Below, in pieces: positions 43,127 through 52,503 of a DNA stretch of 64,000 nucleotides. The stretch's first letter is position 1, and each line of letters starts with the position of its first letter. The notes beneath the pieces were generated by a model that saw only the letters and a program-made list of their open reading frames with translations, was not told where the DNA came from and did not search any database. The position numbers were made by a program, and so were the translations under genes. Origin of the DNA: an uncultured Acidobacteriota bacterium (GTDB lineage: Bacteria > Acidobacteriota > Vicinamibacteria > Vicinamibacterales > Fen-181); NCBI GenBank assembly GCA_963741715.1, contig CAVUJA010000002.1:136883-200882 (forward strand), given 5' to 3'.

Positions 43127-45382
43127 ATGTCATCGCGTCGATTGGCTATCGCACTGGTCCTCCTGGTGGTTCTCGCCGGCGGCTGCTCGAGGACTGCCCG
43201 GCAGTACTTCGACAGCGGCAACCAGTACTTCGGCGAACAGAAATACCGGGAAGCCGTGGTCGAGTATCGAAACGCCATCCAGAAGGATGCCAAGTTCGGC
43301 GACGCGCATTTCAAGCTCGCGGAGACGTACGTCAAGCTGAACGAACCGGCGGCCGCCCTCCGCGAGTACGTGTACGCCGCCGACCTGCTGCCCGATAGCA
43401 CGGAAGCGCAGCTCAAGGCCGGGACCTTCCTGATGTTCGCGCGCCGCTACGACGATGCGGGGGCGCGCGCCGAAAAGGCGCTGAAGCTCGATCCGAAGAA
43501 CCTCGAGGCACAGCTGCTCCTCGGCAACGCGAAGGCGGGCCTGGCAGACCTCGACGGGGCGATCCAGCAGGTCGAGGAAGCCATCCAACTCGACCCCGCG
43601 TCCTCGCGGTCCTACACGATGCTTGGCGGACTGGAGACCGCGAAGGGCGACGTCGCGGCGGCCGAAAAGGCGTTCCGGCAGGCCGTGGAACTCGATCCCC
43701 GGTCCGTGACCGCTCACCTCGCTCTCGGGCAATTCCTCGCGGGCGCCGGCCGGGCGGCCGACGCGGAGGCGTCGTTCAAGCGCGCCTACGAGATCGATCC
43801 GAAGAACGCGATTGCGGGCCGCACGCTCGCGGCCTTTTACATGGCCTCGAATCGCGCTGCGGAGGCTGAGCCGTATCTCAAGTCGATCGCCGACAATTCG
43901 AAGGATCCGCGGGCGACGATCGCGCTGGCCGACTACTACCTGATCATGCAGCGCGTGGACGAGGCGGTGGCGTTGCTGAACAAGGTGGCGGGCAACCCGG
44001 ACGTCTTCGCAGACGCCAAGGTCCGGCTTGCCTCGATCGCCTACGGCCAGAAGAAGACCGCCGACGCCCACAAGATAGTCGACGAGGTGCTGGCGAAGGA
44101 TCCGAAGAACGTGCGCGCGCTGCTCGTGAAGGCGCGGTTCCTCGCCGAGGAGAAGAAGATCGACGCAGCGCTTGCGGATGCGAAGGCCGCGGCGGCCGCC
44201 GACCCCCGGTCCGCGCCGGCCCACTTCATACTCGGCGGCCTGTACTCGGTGAAGGGCAATACCGACGAGGCCATCAAGGAGTACGCGGAGGTCCTTCGGC
44301 TGAATCCCCGCGCAGTGCCGGCGCAGTTGCAGCTTGCACGACTGCAGATGACGAAGGGAGCCGCGGAGCCGGCGCTGCAGCTGGCCCAGCAGGCTGTGAC
44401 GTCCCAACCCGACAACCCCGTCGCCCGGCTGATGCTGGCGCGCACGCTGATGGTGAAGGGCGACCTGGCCCAGGCCGAAACCGAGTTGAAGGCGCTCGAG
44501 GCGAAATACCCGAAGGCCGCGCCGGTCCAGGCCGGCCTCGGTTCGCTGGCCGTCCTGAAGAAGGACCTGGCGGGGGCGCGCAAGGCGTACGAGAAGACGC
44601 TGGCCCTCGACCCGAACTCCAACGAGGCGCTGGCAGGCCTGGTGGCGCTCGACGCCGCGGCGAAGAAGCTGCCGGAAGCGAAGGCGCGCGTCGAGGCGAG
44701 GCTGGTCAGAACGCCCGACGACCCGACGGTGCTGATCCTCGCGGCCCGCACGTACGCGACCGGCGGCGACCTGGCGAAGGCCGAGCAGACGCTTCGGAAG
44801 GTGCTGGAAGTGGCGCCAGACAACCTGCAGGCCTACGGCATGCTCGGCCAGCTCTACCTCGCCCAGAAGAAGCTGCCGCAGGCGCGCGAGGAGTTCGCTG
44901 CCCTGGCTGCGAAGCAGTCGAAGCCGGTGGCGGCCGAGACGATGATCGGGATGATCCTGCAGATGGAGGGGAACAACGCGGACGCGCAGAAGCAGTACGA
45001 GAAGGTGATCGCGCTCGACCCGCGTGCGCCGGTGGCCGCCAACAACCTTGCGTGGATCTACGCCGAGTCGGGCGGCAACCTCGACGTGGCGCTGCAGCTG
45101 GCGCAGACGGCGAAGGCCGGCCTGCCCGACTCCCCGGAGGTTGACGACACGCTCGGATGGGTCTACTACAAGAAGGACCTGGTGTCGCAGGCGCTGGTGC
45201 CGCTGCGAGCGGCGGTCGCCAGAGATGCGCAGAATCCCGACTACCACTACCATCTCGGAATGGCGCAGGTGAAGTCGGGCGACGCGACCGGCGGAAAGGC
45301 GTCAATCGAGAAGGCGCTGCAGCTGAACCCCAACTTCAGCGCCGCCGCCGACGCCAGGAAGACGCTGGAGACGATCCGCTAA
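43127..45382 (+). CDS. PEP-CTERM-system TPR-repeat lipoprotein (PrsT-like), paralog 1
   Basis: 751 aa. Lipobox LAGGC. TPR units throughout. Opening motif YF..GNQYFGEQKYREAVVEYRNAIQKD and closing motif NNLAWIYAE.GGNLD.AL.LAQ.A....P..PEV.DTLGWVYYKK are shared with the two following genes. Confidence 0.8.
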   Translation: MSSRRLAIALVLLVVLAGGCSRTARQYFDSGNQYFGEQKYREAVVEYRNAIQKDAKFGDAHFKLAETYVKLNEPAAALREYVYAADLLPDSTEAQLKAGTFLMFARRYDDAGARAEKALKLDPKNLEAQLLLGNAKAGLADLDGAIQQVEEAIQLDPASSRSYTMLGGLETAKGDVAAAEKAFRQAVELDPRSVTAHLALGQFLAGAGRAADAEASFKRAYEIDPKNAIAGRTLAAFYMASNRAAEAEPYLKSIADNSKDPRATIALADYYLIMQRVDEAVALLNKVAGNPDVFADAKVRLASIAYGQKKTADAHKIVDEVLAKDPKNVRALLVKARFLAEEKKIDAALADAKAAAAADPRSAPAHFILGGLYSVKGNTDEAIKEYAEVLRLNPRAVPAQLQLARLQMTKGAAEPALQLAQQAVTSQPDNPVARLMLARTLMVKGDLAQAETELKALEAKYPKAAPVQAGLGSLAVLKKDLAGARKAYEKTLALDPNSNEALAGLVALDAAAKKLPEAKARVEARLVRTPDDPTVLILAARTYATGGDLAKAEQTLRKVLEVAPDNLQAYGMLGQLYLAQKKLPQAREEFAALAAKQSKPVAAETMIGMILQMEGNNADAQKQYEKVIALDPRAPVAANNLAWIYAESGGNLDVALQLAQTAKAGLPDSPEVDDTLGWVYYKKDLVSQALVPLRAAVARDAQNPDYHYHLGMAQVKSGDATGGKASIEKALQLNPNFSAAADARKTLETIR

Positions 45383-45417
45383 ATGAGAGTCCAGGATCCT
45401 GGGTCGTGGGGTTGTGG

Positions 45418-45550
45418 GGCGGGCCTTCAGGCCCGCCGATCGCGGGGCTGAAGCCCCGCGCCACAGGGACAGACGACTCTGAATCGCGGCCTCTCATCTA
45501 GCGTCGCGCAAACTGACGCATATTGCCGTACGCGGGCCTTCAGGCCCGCG
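45418..45550. repeat. cluster of three GC hairpins (GGCGGGCCttcaGGCCCGCC, CGCGGGGCtgaaGCCCCGCG, CGCGGGCCttcaGGCCCGCG)
   Basis: Read directly at 45418-45437, 45441-45460 and 45531-45550, between PrsT-like paralogs 1 and 2. No T-tract follows. Confidence 0.85.
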
Positions 45551-45566
45551 GAACAAGAGGGCTGCC

Positions 45567-47822
45567 ATGTCCCGTTCACACTCCACTCTCGTCCTGGCGC
45601 TGGCTGGCCTCCTGTTCGTCTTCGCCTGCGGCCGCGATCCGAAGTCGTACGTCGCGAAGGGCGACCAGTACGTCGCCGCCAAGAAGTACCGCGAGGCGAC
45701 CATCGAGTACCGGAACGCCCTGCAGAAGGACCCGATGCTCGGCGAGGCCCGGATGAAGCTGGCGGACGCCTACGCCGAGCTGGGCGACTTTGCCAACGCG
45801 GTCCGGGAATGCCAGCGCGGCGCGGACCTGCTGCCCAACGACGTGGGCGCGCAGTTGAAGGCCGGGCAGTTGCTGCTGCTGGCGGCCAGGTACGACGAGG
45901 CGCGGGCGCGCGCACGAAAGGTGCTGGACAAGAACCCGAAGAACGTCGAGGCGCAGGTGCTGTATGCCAACGCCCTGGCTGGGGTCAAAGACCTCGACGG
46001 AGCGATCAAGGAACTCGAACAGGCGATTGCCCTCGATCCCCAGCGGAGCCTCTCCTACGCCAACCTGGGCGCCTTGCTGTACACCCGAGGGAACCGGGAG
46101 CAGGCCGAAACGGCGTACCGCAATGCAGTGGCCATGGACGCCAAGTCGGTGACCGCACGGCTCGCGCTGGCCAACTTCCTCTGGAGCACCGACCGTCCGG
46201 GCGAAGCCGAGGCCTCGCTGAAGGAAGCGCTGGCCATCGATCCGAGAAACATCCTCGCTCACCGGGCCCTTGCCGCGCTCTATCTCGGCGCCAACCGGGC
46301 TGCCGAGGCGGAGCCGCATTTGAAGGCGGCCGCCGACGCGTCGGAGGGTCCCGGCCTCCGCATCGTGCTCGCGGACTACTACCTGTCGCAGAAGCGGACC
46401 GACGACGCCTTGCGGGTGCTGCAGGAGGTGTCGAAGCAGCCGGACGGGTTCGCGCCGGGCCAGACGCGGATCGCGGCGGTGTACTTCGAGGCCGGCAAGA
46501 AGGACGACGCCTACCGGACGATCGACACCGTCCTGGCCAAAATGCCGAACGACGCGCCCGCCTTGATGACCAAGGGGCGCTTCCTCCTGGAAGACGGGAA
46601 GCGGGCCGAGGCACTGGCCAAGGTGAACGCGGCAATCGCGGCCGATCCCACCTATGCGCCGGCGCAGTACCTGCTCGGAATGCTATCGCTTCCGGCCGAT
46701 CCGGCGGGCGCCATCAAGGCGTTCAACGAGGTGGTGAAGTACTCCCCTCGCGCCGTGCCGGCCTACCTGGAACTGGCGCGCCTGCAACTGGCCCAAGGCA
46801 ATGCCGGCGCCGCCGTGGACCGGGCCGGCGAGGCGGTTCGATACGACCCCAAGAACTACGCCGCTCACGAACTGTTCGCGCGCGCGCTGCTGGCGAACAA
46901 GGAACTCGATCGAGCGGCGCAGGAAGCGCAGTTGCTGCAGTCTGCCGCGCCCGAGCGGGCGGAGGGTTCGATCGTGGCCGCGCTCGTGGCCGTCTCGCGC
47001 AACGACATCCCGGGCGCCACCAAGTTGTTCGAGAAGGCGCTGACTGCCGATCCCAAGTCGATAGAGGCCCTTGCCGGATTGGTCCACCTCGATCTGGCGT
47101 CGGGCAAGCGGGCCCGCGCGAAGGGGCGCGTGCAGGCGGCGTTGGGCCGCGATCCGAAGAACAGCCAGGTTTACATGCTCGCCGCGGCCGTGGCGTCGGC
47201 CGAGAACGACGCCGCCGGTCTCGAACGGTCGCTCCGCCAGGCCGCCGAGAACGACCCGTCGGCGCTGGACGCCTACCTCGGCCTCGGCCGGCTGTACGTC
47301 TCCCAGAACAAGCTGGCGGACGCACAGAAGGAGTTCGAGGCCGTGGCCGCGAAGCAGCCGAAGTCCGTGGCTGCCAACACGTTCGTCGCCATGGCGATGC
47401 AGGTCCAGGGGAAGACCTCCGACGCGCAGAAGCGGTACGAGCAGATCCTCGTGACCGACCCGCGGGCCCCGGTCGCGGCCAACAACCTGGCGATGATCTA
47501 CCTCGAACAGGGAACGAACCTGGACACCGCGCTTCAGTTGGCGCAAACCGCCAAGAGCGGCCTGCCCGATCGGCCCGAGATCAACGACACGCTCGGTTGG
47601 ATCTACTACAAGAAGGGGCTGCCGGCGATGGCGGTCGGGCCGCTTCTGCAGGCTGCCGACAAGGCGCCGAAGAACGCGGTGATTCAGTATCACGCGGGCA
47701 TGGCGCTCGCCAAGGCCGGGAACAAGCCCGACGCGCGTCAGAAACTGCAGGCCGCCCTCGAGCTGGACCCGAAGTTCCCCGGCGCCGACGAGGCGCGCCA
47801 GACGCTGGCATCGCTCAAGTAA
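45567..47822 (+). CDS. PEP-CTERM-system TPR-repeat lipoprotein (PrsT-like), paralog 2
   Basis: 751 aa. Lipobox FVFAC. Same opening (YVAKGDQYVAAKKYREATIEYRNALQKD) and closing (NNLAMIYLEQGTNLDTALQLAQTAKSGLPDRPEINDTLGWIYYKKG) motifs. Confidence 0.8.
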   Translation: MSRSHSTLVLALAGLLFVFACGRDPKSYVAKGDQYVAAKKYREATIEYRNALQKDPMLGEARMKLADAYAELGDFANAVRECQRGADLLPNDVGAQLKAGQLLLLAARYDEARARARKVLDKNPKNVEAQVLYANALAGVKDLDGAIKELEQAIALDPQRSLSYANLGALLYTRGNREQAETAYRNAVAMDAKSVTARLALANFLWSTDRPGEAEASLKEALAIDPRNILAHRALAALYLGANRAAEAEPHLKAAADASEGPGLRIVLADYYLSQKRTDDALRVLQEVSKQPDGFAPGQTRIAAVYFEAGKKDDAYRTIDTVLAKMPNDAPALMTKGRFLLEDGKRAEALAKVNAAIAADPTYAPAQYLLGMLSLPADPAGAIKAFNEVVKYSPRAVPAYLELARLQLAQGNAGAAVDRAGEAVRYDPKNYAAHELFARALLANKELDRAAQEAQLLQSAAPERAEGSIVAALVAVSRNDIPGATKLFEKALTADPKSIEALAGLVHLDLASGKRARAKGRVQAALGRDPKNSQVYMLAAAVASAENDAAGLERSLRQAAENDPSALDAYLGLGRLYVSQNKLADAQKEFEAVAAKQPKSVAANTFVAMAMQVQGKTSDAQKRYEQILVTDPRAPVAANNLAMIYLEQGTNLDTALQLAQTAKSGLPDRPEINDTLGWIYYKKGLPAMAVGPLLQAADKAPKNAVIQYHAGMALAKAGNKPDARQKLQAALELDPKFPGADEARQTLASLK

Positions 47823-47834
47823 TATCAGGTGTGG

Positions 47835-47854
47835 GGCGGGCCTCGAGGCCCGCC
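47835..47854. repeat. GC hairpin GGCGGGCCtcgaGGCCCGCC
   Basis: Same element as 45418-45437, preceded by the same gtgg motif, 13 nt after the paralog-2 stop. Confidence 0.85.
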
Positions 47855-47867
47855 AGTGGCAGGCCCC

Positions 47868-50142
47868 ATGTCCTACCGAACTCGCCTTCTTGCAGCCGCC
47901 CTCGCCCTCCTCCTCGCCTTCTCCGCCTGCCGCCACGACCCGGAGGCCGCCAAGCAGGCCGCGCTCGAACGCGGCAACGCCTACTTCGCCCAGAAGAAGT
48001 ACGCCGAGGCGGTGGTCGAGTACCCGGAGGGCCATCCAGGAAGACATGCGCTTTGGCGAGGCGCACTTCCGCCTCGGCCTCACCTACGAACTGCAGGGCG
48101 ACCGGCCCAATGCGCTGCGCGAGTTCGGCAACGCGGCGAACGTGCTGCCCGACCGCAAGGACGTGCAGTTGAAAGCGGGCCAGTACTATCTGTACGCGAG
48201 CAAGTTCGACGAGGCCCGCAAGATCGCCGAGCAGCTGCTGGACAAGGACGTGCGCAACGTGGACGCGCAGCTGCTGCTGGCCAACGCCCTGGCGGGGCTC
48301 AACCAGCTCGATGCGGCCGCCAGGCAGGTTGAGGAAGCCGTCCGCCAGGAGCCGACGAATCCGGCCGGCTACTCGAACCTCGCCGCCGTGGAGCTGGCTC
48401 GTGGAAACCCGGACCAGGCAGAGGCCGCGTTCAAGAACGCGCTGACGATCGCCCCCCGGTCGCTCGATGCCCGGATCGGGCTGGCGAGCCTGTACTGGTC
48501 GGGCGGCCGGCTGGCCGAGGCCGAACGCACGCTCACCGAGGCCGTGGCCATCGACCCCGGCAACCTGCTGGCCAACCGGACCCTGGCCGCCCTGTACATC
48601 TCGACCGGCCGGCCGGCGCAGGCCGAGACCCCGCTCAAGGCCGTCGCGGACGCCAACCCCGACTTCGTCGCGCCGCGGCTGGCGCTGGCGGACTACTACC
48701 TCGCCATGAAGCGCCCCGACGAGGGGCTGGCCATCCTGCAGTCGGTGGCGCTTCGCAAGGACGGCGCCACGCCGGCGTCGCTGCGCATGGCGCAGTACGA
48801 CTTTTCGGTGGGCCGGCGGGCCGAGGCGTACGGGCGCGTCGACCAGGTGATCGCGGCCGACCCGAAGAACCCGCAGCCGTACCTGCTGAAGGCCGCGTTC
48901 CTCCTCTCCGAGAACAAGCCGGACGAGGCCCTCGCACCCGCGAAAGCCGCGGTCGACGCCTCTCCCCGGCTGGCCCGCGCCCACTTCGCCGTCGGGACGA
49001 TCGAGCTGGCGCGAGGAAAGATCGACGAGGCGCGCGCCGCCTTCCAGGAGTCGCTTCGCACGAGCCCGAGGTTCGGGCCGGCGGCGCTGGAGCTGGCGAA
49101 GATCGATCTGTCCCGGGGGCAGACCGAGAGCGCGCTGCAGTTCGCCGACACCGCGGTGGCGAACCTGCCGCAGAGCGCCGACGCGCGCTACGTGCTGGTC
49201 AGGGTCCTGATGGCGCGGGGCGACCGCGAACGCGCAGTCGCCCAGCTCGGCCCCCTCCAGGCGCAGTTCGGCGGCCTCTCGAGCGTGCAGACGCTGGCCG
49301 GCCAGCTTGCCGTCGCGAGATCGGACCGGGAGGCCGCGCGGAAGGCGTTCGAGCAGGCGCTGAAGATCGACCCGTCGAGCGGCGACGCGTTCGAGGGGCT
49401 CGTGGGCCTCGACCTCGACGCCGGCAAGCGGACCGACGCCCTCCGGCGCGTCGAATCGCGGCTTGCCGCGTCTCCAAAGGACCCCACCGCGCTGGCCCTG
49501 GCGGGGCGCCTCTACGCCGCAGCCGGCCTGAGTTCGAAGGCGGAGGCGGCCTGGAGGAGCCTGCTGGAGGTGGAGCCGGGCAGCCTCGACGCCTACCTGG
49601 GGCTGGGGCGTCTCTACTACCAGCAGAACCGCCTCGACCAGGCGGTCACGGAGGCCGAACGCCTGGTGCAGCAGCAGCCGCGCTCGGCGGGCGCCCAGAC
49701 CCTGCTCGGATTCCTCCTGGAAATGCAGAGCCGGTTCGACGAGGCGCAGCAGCGATACCAGAAGGCGCTCGAAGTGGACCCGCGCGCCGGCGCGGCGGCG
49801 AACAACCTGGCGTGGCTCTATGCCATGCGCGGCGGCAACCTCGACGTGGCGCTGCAGTTGGCGCAGACCGCGAAGGCGGCGCTTCCCGACGCACCCGAAG
49901 TCAGCGACACGCTGGGGTGGGTGTACTACAAGAAGGGGCTTCGGGAGGCGGCGATCGGCCCGCTCGAGCAGGCCGTCAGCGCGATGCCCGGGAAGGCCTC
50001 CTACCACTACCACCTGGGTATGGCCTACCTGGCGGAGAACGACTGGACACGTGCGCGGGCGTCGCTGCAACAGGCGCTGGCGCTCGATGCCGGGTTCGAC
50101 GGCGCGTCCGACGCGCGGAAGGCGCTGGCGTCGATCCAGTGA
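47868..50142 (+). CDS. PEP-CTERM-system TPR-repeat lipoprotein (PrsT-like), paralog 3, frameshifted as assembled
   Basis: MSYRTRLLAAALALLLAFSAC (lipobox) ...GNAYFAQKKYAEAVVEY is in the frame of 47829. RRAIQEDMRFGEAHF... to the end is in the frame of 47890. gag tac CCC gg at 48022-48024 has one C more than needed for VEYRRAIQED. Confidence 0.8.
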
Positions 50143-50372
50143 ACGCGGGTCGTCTCGCGAGCCCCCCTCCCGGCTGCCCGCGAAGAGCTTGCCTGGCAGA
50201 CACTTAGCCCTCAAGCGAGCCAGACAATAGAAACTTGGAGTCTTTCGTCTCTTCCGGAGGCGACTTTTGTCCCCTCAAATCTGGGTCTACCGGTAGCTCG
50301 CTCCTCCTGCAACCCGCTCTCCTGCTGCGACTTCTGTCTGCCTGTACGCCGAACGAGTTCCGCCAATTGGGC

Positions 50373-50387
50373 CGGCACAGCTTTGGC
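50373..50387 (+). promoter_or_regulatory. candidate sigma-54 promoter cGGCAC-N5-TGGCT
   Basis: cGGCACagcttTGGCt keeps the GG-N10-GC spacing. Lies 31 nt upstream of GTG 50418, with AAGGAG (50405-50410) between them. Confidence 0.45.
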
Positions 50388-50417
50388 TATGGTTGGGTTC
50401 GACAAAGGAGAAAGCCC

Positions 50418-51154
50418 GTGAAGTACCGACTGACGCTGGTGGCCATCATCCTGTCGCTCCTGTCCTCCGCCGCTTGGGCCGACACCATGGACGTCGCGAA
50501 GGGCGATCCGAAGTGGAACGCGTTCGAGAGCCCACGGCGAAGGGGGGCGGCAAGGCGTTCTGGAACAACGCGAGCATCGACGCCAACCATCAGTGCAACA
50601 TCGGCTACTGGGTGGGGGGCGTGGCGGGTTGCAGCGTGCCCAATTTCCTGAACGGCAGCCCGGGCCAGCCTCTCGACTACCTCGGCAACGCGGCCACCGG
50701 CTGGGGCGTGAAGAAGGACCCGGGCACCCTCTCGGTGACGGTGACCGCCACGCCGCTCCAGATCACGGCCTACGCGCAGACCGACGAACTCGGCTGGTTC
50801 AACCTCGACGCGCCGGGCACACTCAATCCCCTGTTCAAGGGATTCGACATTCCTGGCGCCAGCGCGACGTTCGTGCCGTCGGGCAATTACGGCTTCTACC
50901 TCAAGTCGCCAGAAGGGACGTATCTCAGCACGGGCGTGGGCGACAACCGGACGCACTTCGCGGTGTTCCAGATGTCGGGCAACGGCCACTACCTGATGGG
51001 GGTCGAGGACATGTGGACCAACGCCGACTGGGACTTCAACGACGCGGCGTTCGAGGTCCAGTTCAACGCCGTCCCCGAGCCGGCGACGATGGTGCTGCTG
51101 GGAACGGGTCTGTTGGGAATTGGGGCGGCGGCACGGCGGCGCAGGCAGCGGTAG
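50418..51154 (+). CDS. PEP-CTERM sorting-domain protein with DUF4114-like domain, frameshifted as assembled
   Basis: Signal peptide VKYRLTLVAIILSLLSSAAWA in the frame of 50235. The body (...GGKAFWNNASID ... MWTNADWDFNDAAFEV ... AVPEPATMVLLGTGLLGIGAAARRRRQR) is in the frame of 50393. A 1-nt loss lies between ~50510 and 50547; candidates are the CCC run 50531-50533 or the G6 run 50542-50547. Confidence 0.8.
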
Positions 51155-51165
51155 CGGCCGATCGT

Positions 51166-52359
51166 TCACTTCGCGGCCATCCGTGCCTCCTGGAGCATCT
51201 GCTCGAGTGGTGCGAGGCGCCGCTGCCACGTGAGGTCCGACAGGTCGCAACGCGCGGCCAGTGCCCGGAGTTCCTCGGGCGTCTGGCTCAGCAGGCCGAC
51301 GACCGCGCCCGCGAACGTCTCGCGGTCCTCGGCCGAGCGGCAAGCGGCCCGAACGTGATCCGGCAGCCCTCTGTCCACGGCGGGAGTGACGACCACCGGA
51401 AGACCTGCAGCCACCGCTTCGAGGACCTTGTTCTGCACGCCGCGCGCGACGTGAAGCGGCGCAGCCGCCACGGAGCTCCTCCACAGGTACGGCCTGACGT
51501 CTGCGACCTCTCCCGTTACCAGCACGCCGGCGTCGGGATCGTCCAACGCCCTGACGCGCGGTGTCGGCCTGGCACCGACGAGCAGCAGTCTCGCGTCAGG
51601 CACCTGCCTGCGAACGATCGGCCACACCTCGGTGGCCAGCCACGCCGCCCCAGCCTCGTTCGGCAGATAGTCCATCACCCCGCAGAACACGAGCGTTCGG
51701 GGCTCGCGTTCGGTCGACGTGGGAGCAAAGAAATCTACGTCGATGCCGTTCTGTATCACGCGCACGGTGCCCGGCCCAGCGCCGCGCTCCAGGAGCTCGC
51801 GTTCGCGGTCGTTGACCACAAACGTCACGCGCGCCCGTCGAATCGCCGCCGTCTCGAACGCGGCCAGCAGCCGGGCTTCACGCCTGTAGACCCAGTTGAG
51901 CGGCGGACGCGCGCGGCCACCCAGTTCCGCCCACTTCGCGGAGTCGGCGTCCACCATGTCGATGACGAGCGGCAGCCGGTGGAGCGGTGGCTCCAGGGCG
52001 ATCCGCGCCATGCTGGAGCAGTAGGCCAGCACGAGGTCGGGCGGACGAACGGCGAGGATGCGCTCGAGGGCCGGCCGAGCGTCCGGAGAGTGCAGGAGGA
52101 CGCCGGTCAACGGCCGGCGGCCGGCGAGCGCGACCACGCCGCGCAGGCGGTTGGCCAGGTGCGGCACGCGCGCCACGACGGTTTCGCGGACCAGACCGTC
52201 GAGGTCGTGCGCGTGCGCCGCCTCCTCGTCGTCGTGGACGAGCGACAGCAGCGTGACCTCGTGGCGAGCCGCCATGAAGCGCAGTTCCTGGAACGCGCGC
52301 AGCCGGTCGCCGCGGTTCGGGGCGTATGGGAGGCGGTGGGTGAGAAAGAGGATGTGCAT
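51166..52359 (-). CDS. family-4 glycosyltransferase (PEP-CTERM/EpsH1-system-associated sugar transferase type)
   Basis: 397 aa. The N-terminal MHILFLTHRLPYAPNRGDRLRAF is the pattern I recall for the exosortase-associated sugar-transferase family. C-terminal GT4 E-X7-E-like region. Confidence 0.75.
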   Translation of the reverse strand: MHILFLTHRLPYAPNRGDRLRAFQELRFMAARHEVTLLSLVHDDEEAAHAHDLDGLVRETVVARVPHLANRLRGVVALAGRRPLTGVLLHSPDARPALERILAVRPPDLVLAYCSSMARIALEPPLHRLPLVIDMVDADSAKWAELGGRARPPLNWVYRREARLLAAFETAAIRRARVTFVVNDRERELLERGAGPGTVRVIQNGIDVDFFAPTSTEREPRTLVFCGVMDYLPNEAGAAWLATEVWPIVRRQVPDARLLLVGARPTPRVRALDDPDAGVLVTGEVADVRPYLWRSSVAAAPLHVARGVQNKVLEAVAAGLPVVVTPAVDRGLPDHVRAACRSAEDRETFAGAVVGLLSQTPEELRALAARCDLSDLTWQRRLAPLEQMLQEARMAAK

Positions 52360-52503
52360 GGGACGTTCGGGCGCACAGGGTCCACCCGTCGGACAGGCCG
52401 CGCCATCGTAGCACGGGCTCGCGCCGGTCCGGCCGCGGCTGTCCTCCTGGGCGGTTCTGCCGATACTATGGGGGGGAGATCTGCCCAGGGAGGTCGCGTC
52501 CGC

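Noticed and set aside
43130-45253. Very long antisense ORFs opposite real genes. The one here is 707 aa. Others are 47815..50214 (799 aa), 24610..26556 (648 aa), 26848..28329, 17778..19622, 546..1565, 10742..11755 and 37670..39472.
   Set aside because: Their translations are Arg/Gly/Pro/His/Asp-rich low-complexity strings without any motif. In each case the opposite strand encodes a protein with clear family signatures. Such stop-free antisense frames are expected at this G+C content.
50542-50547. G6 tract as a phase-variation switch for the DUF4114 PEP-CTERM gene.
   Set aside because: Six residues is short for slipped-strand switching. The frameshift can be explained equally well by the CCC run 11 nt upstream or by sequencing error. 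It is kept only as part of the frameshift finding.
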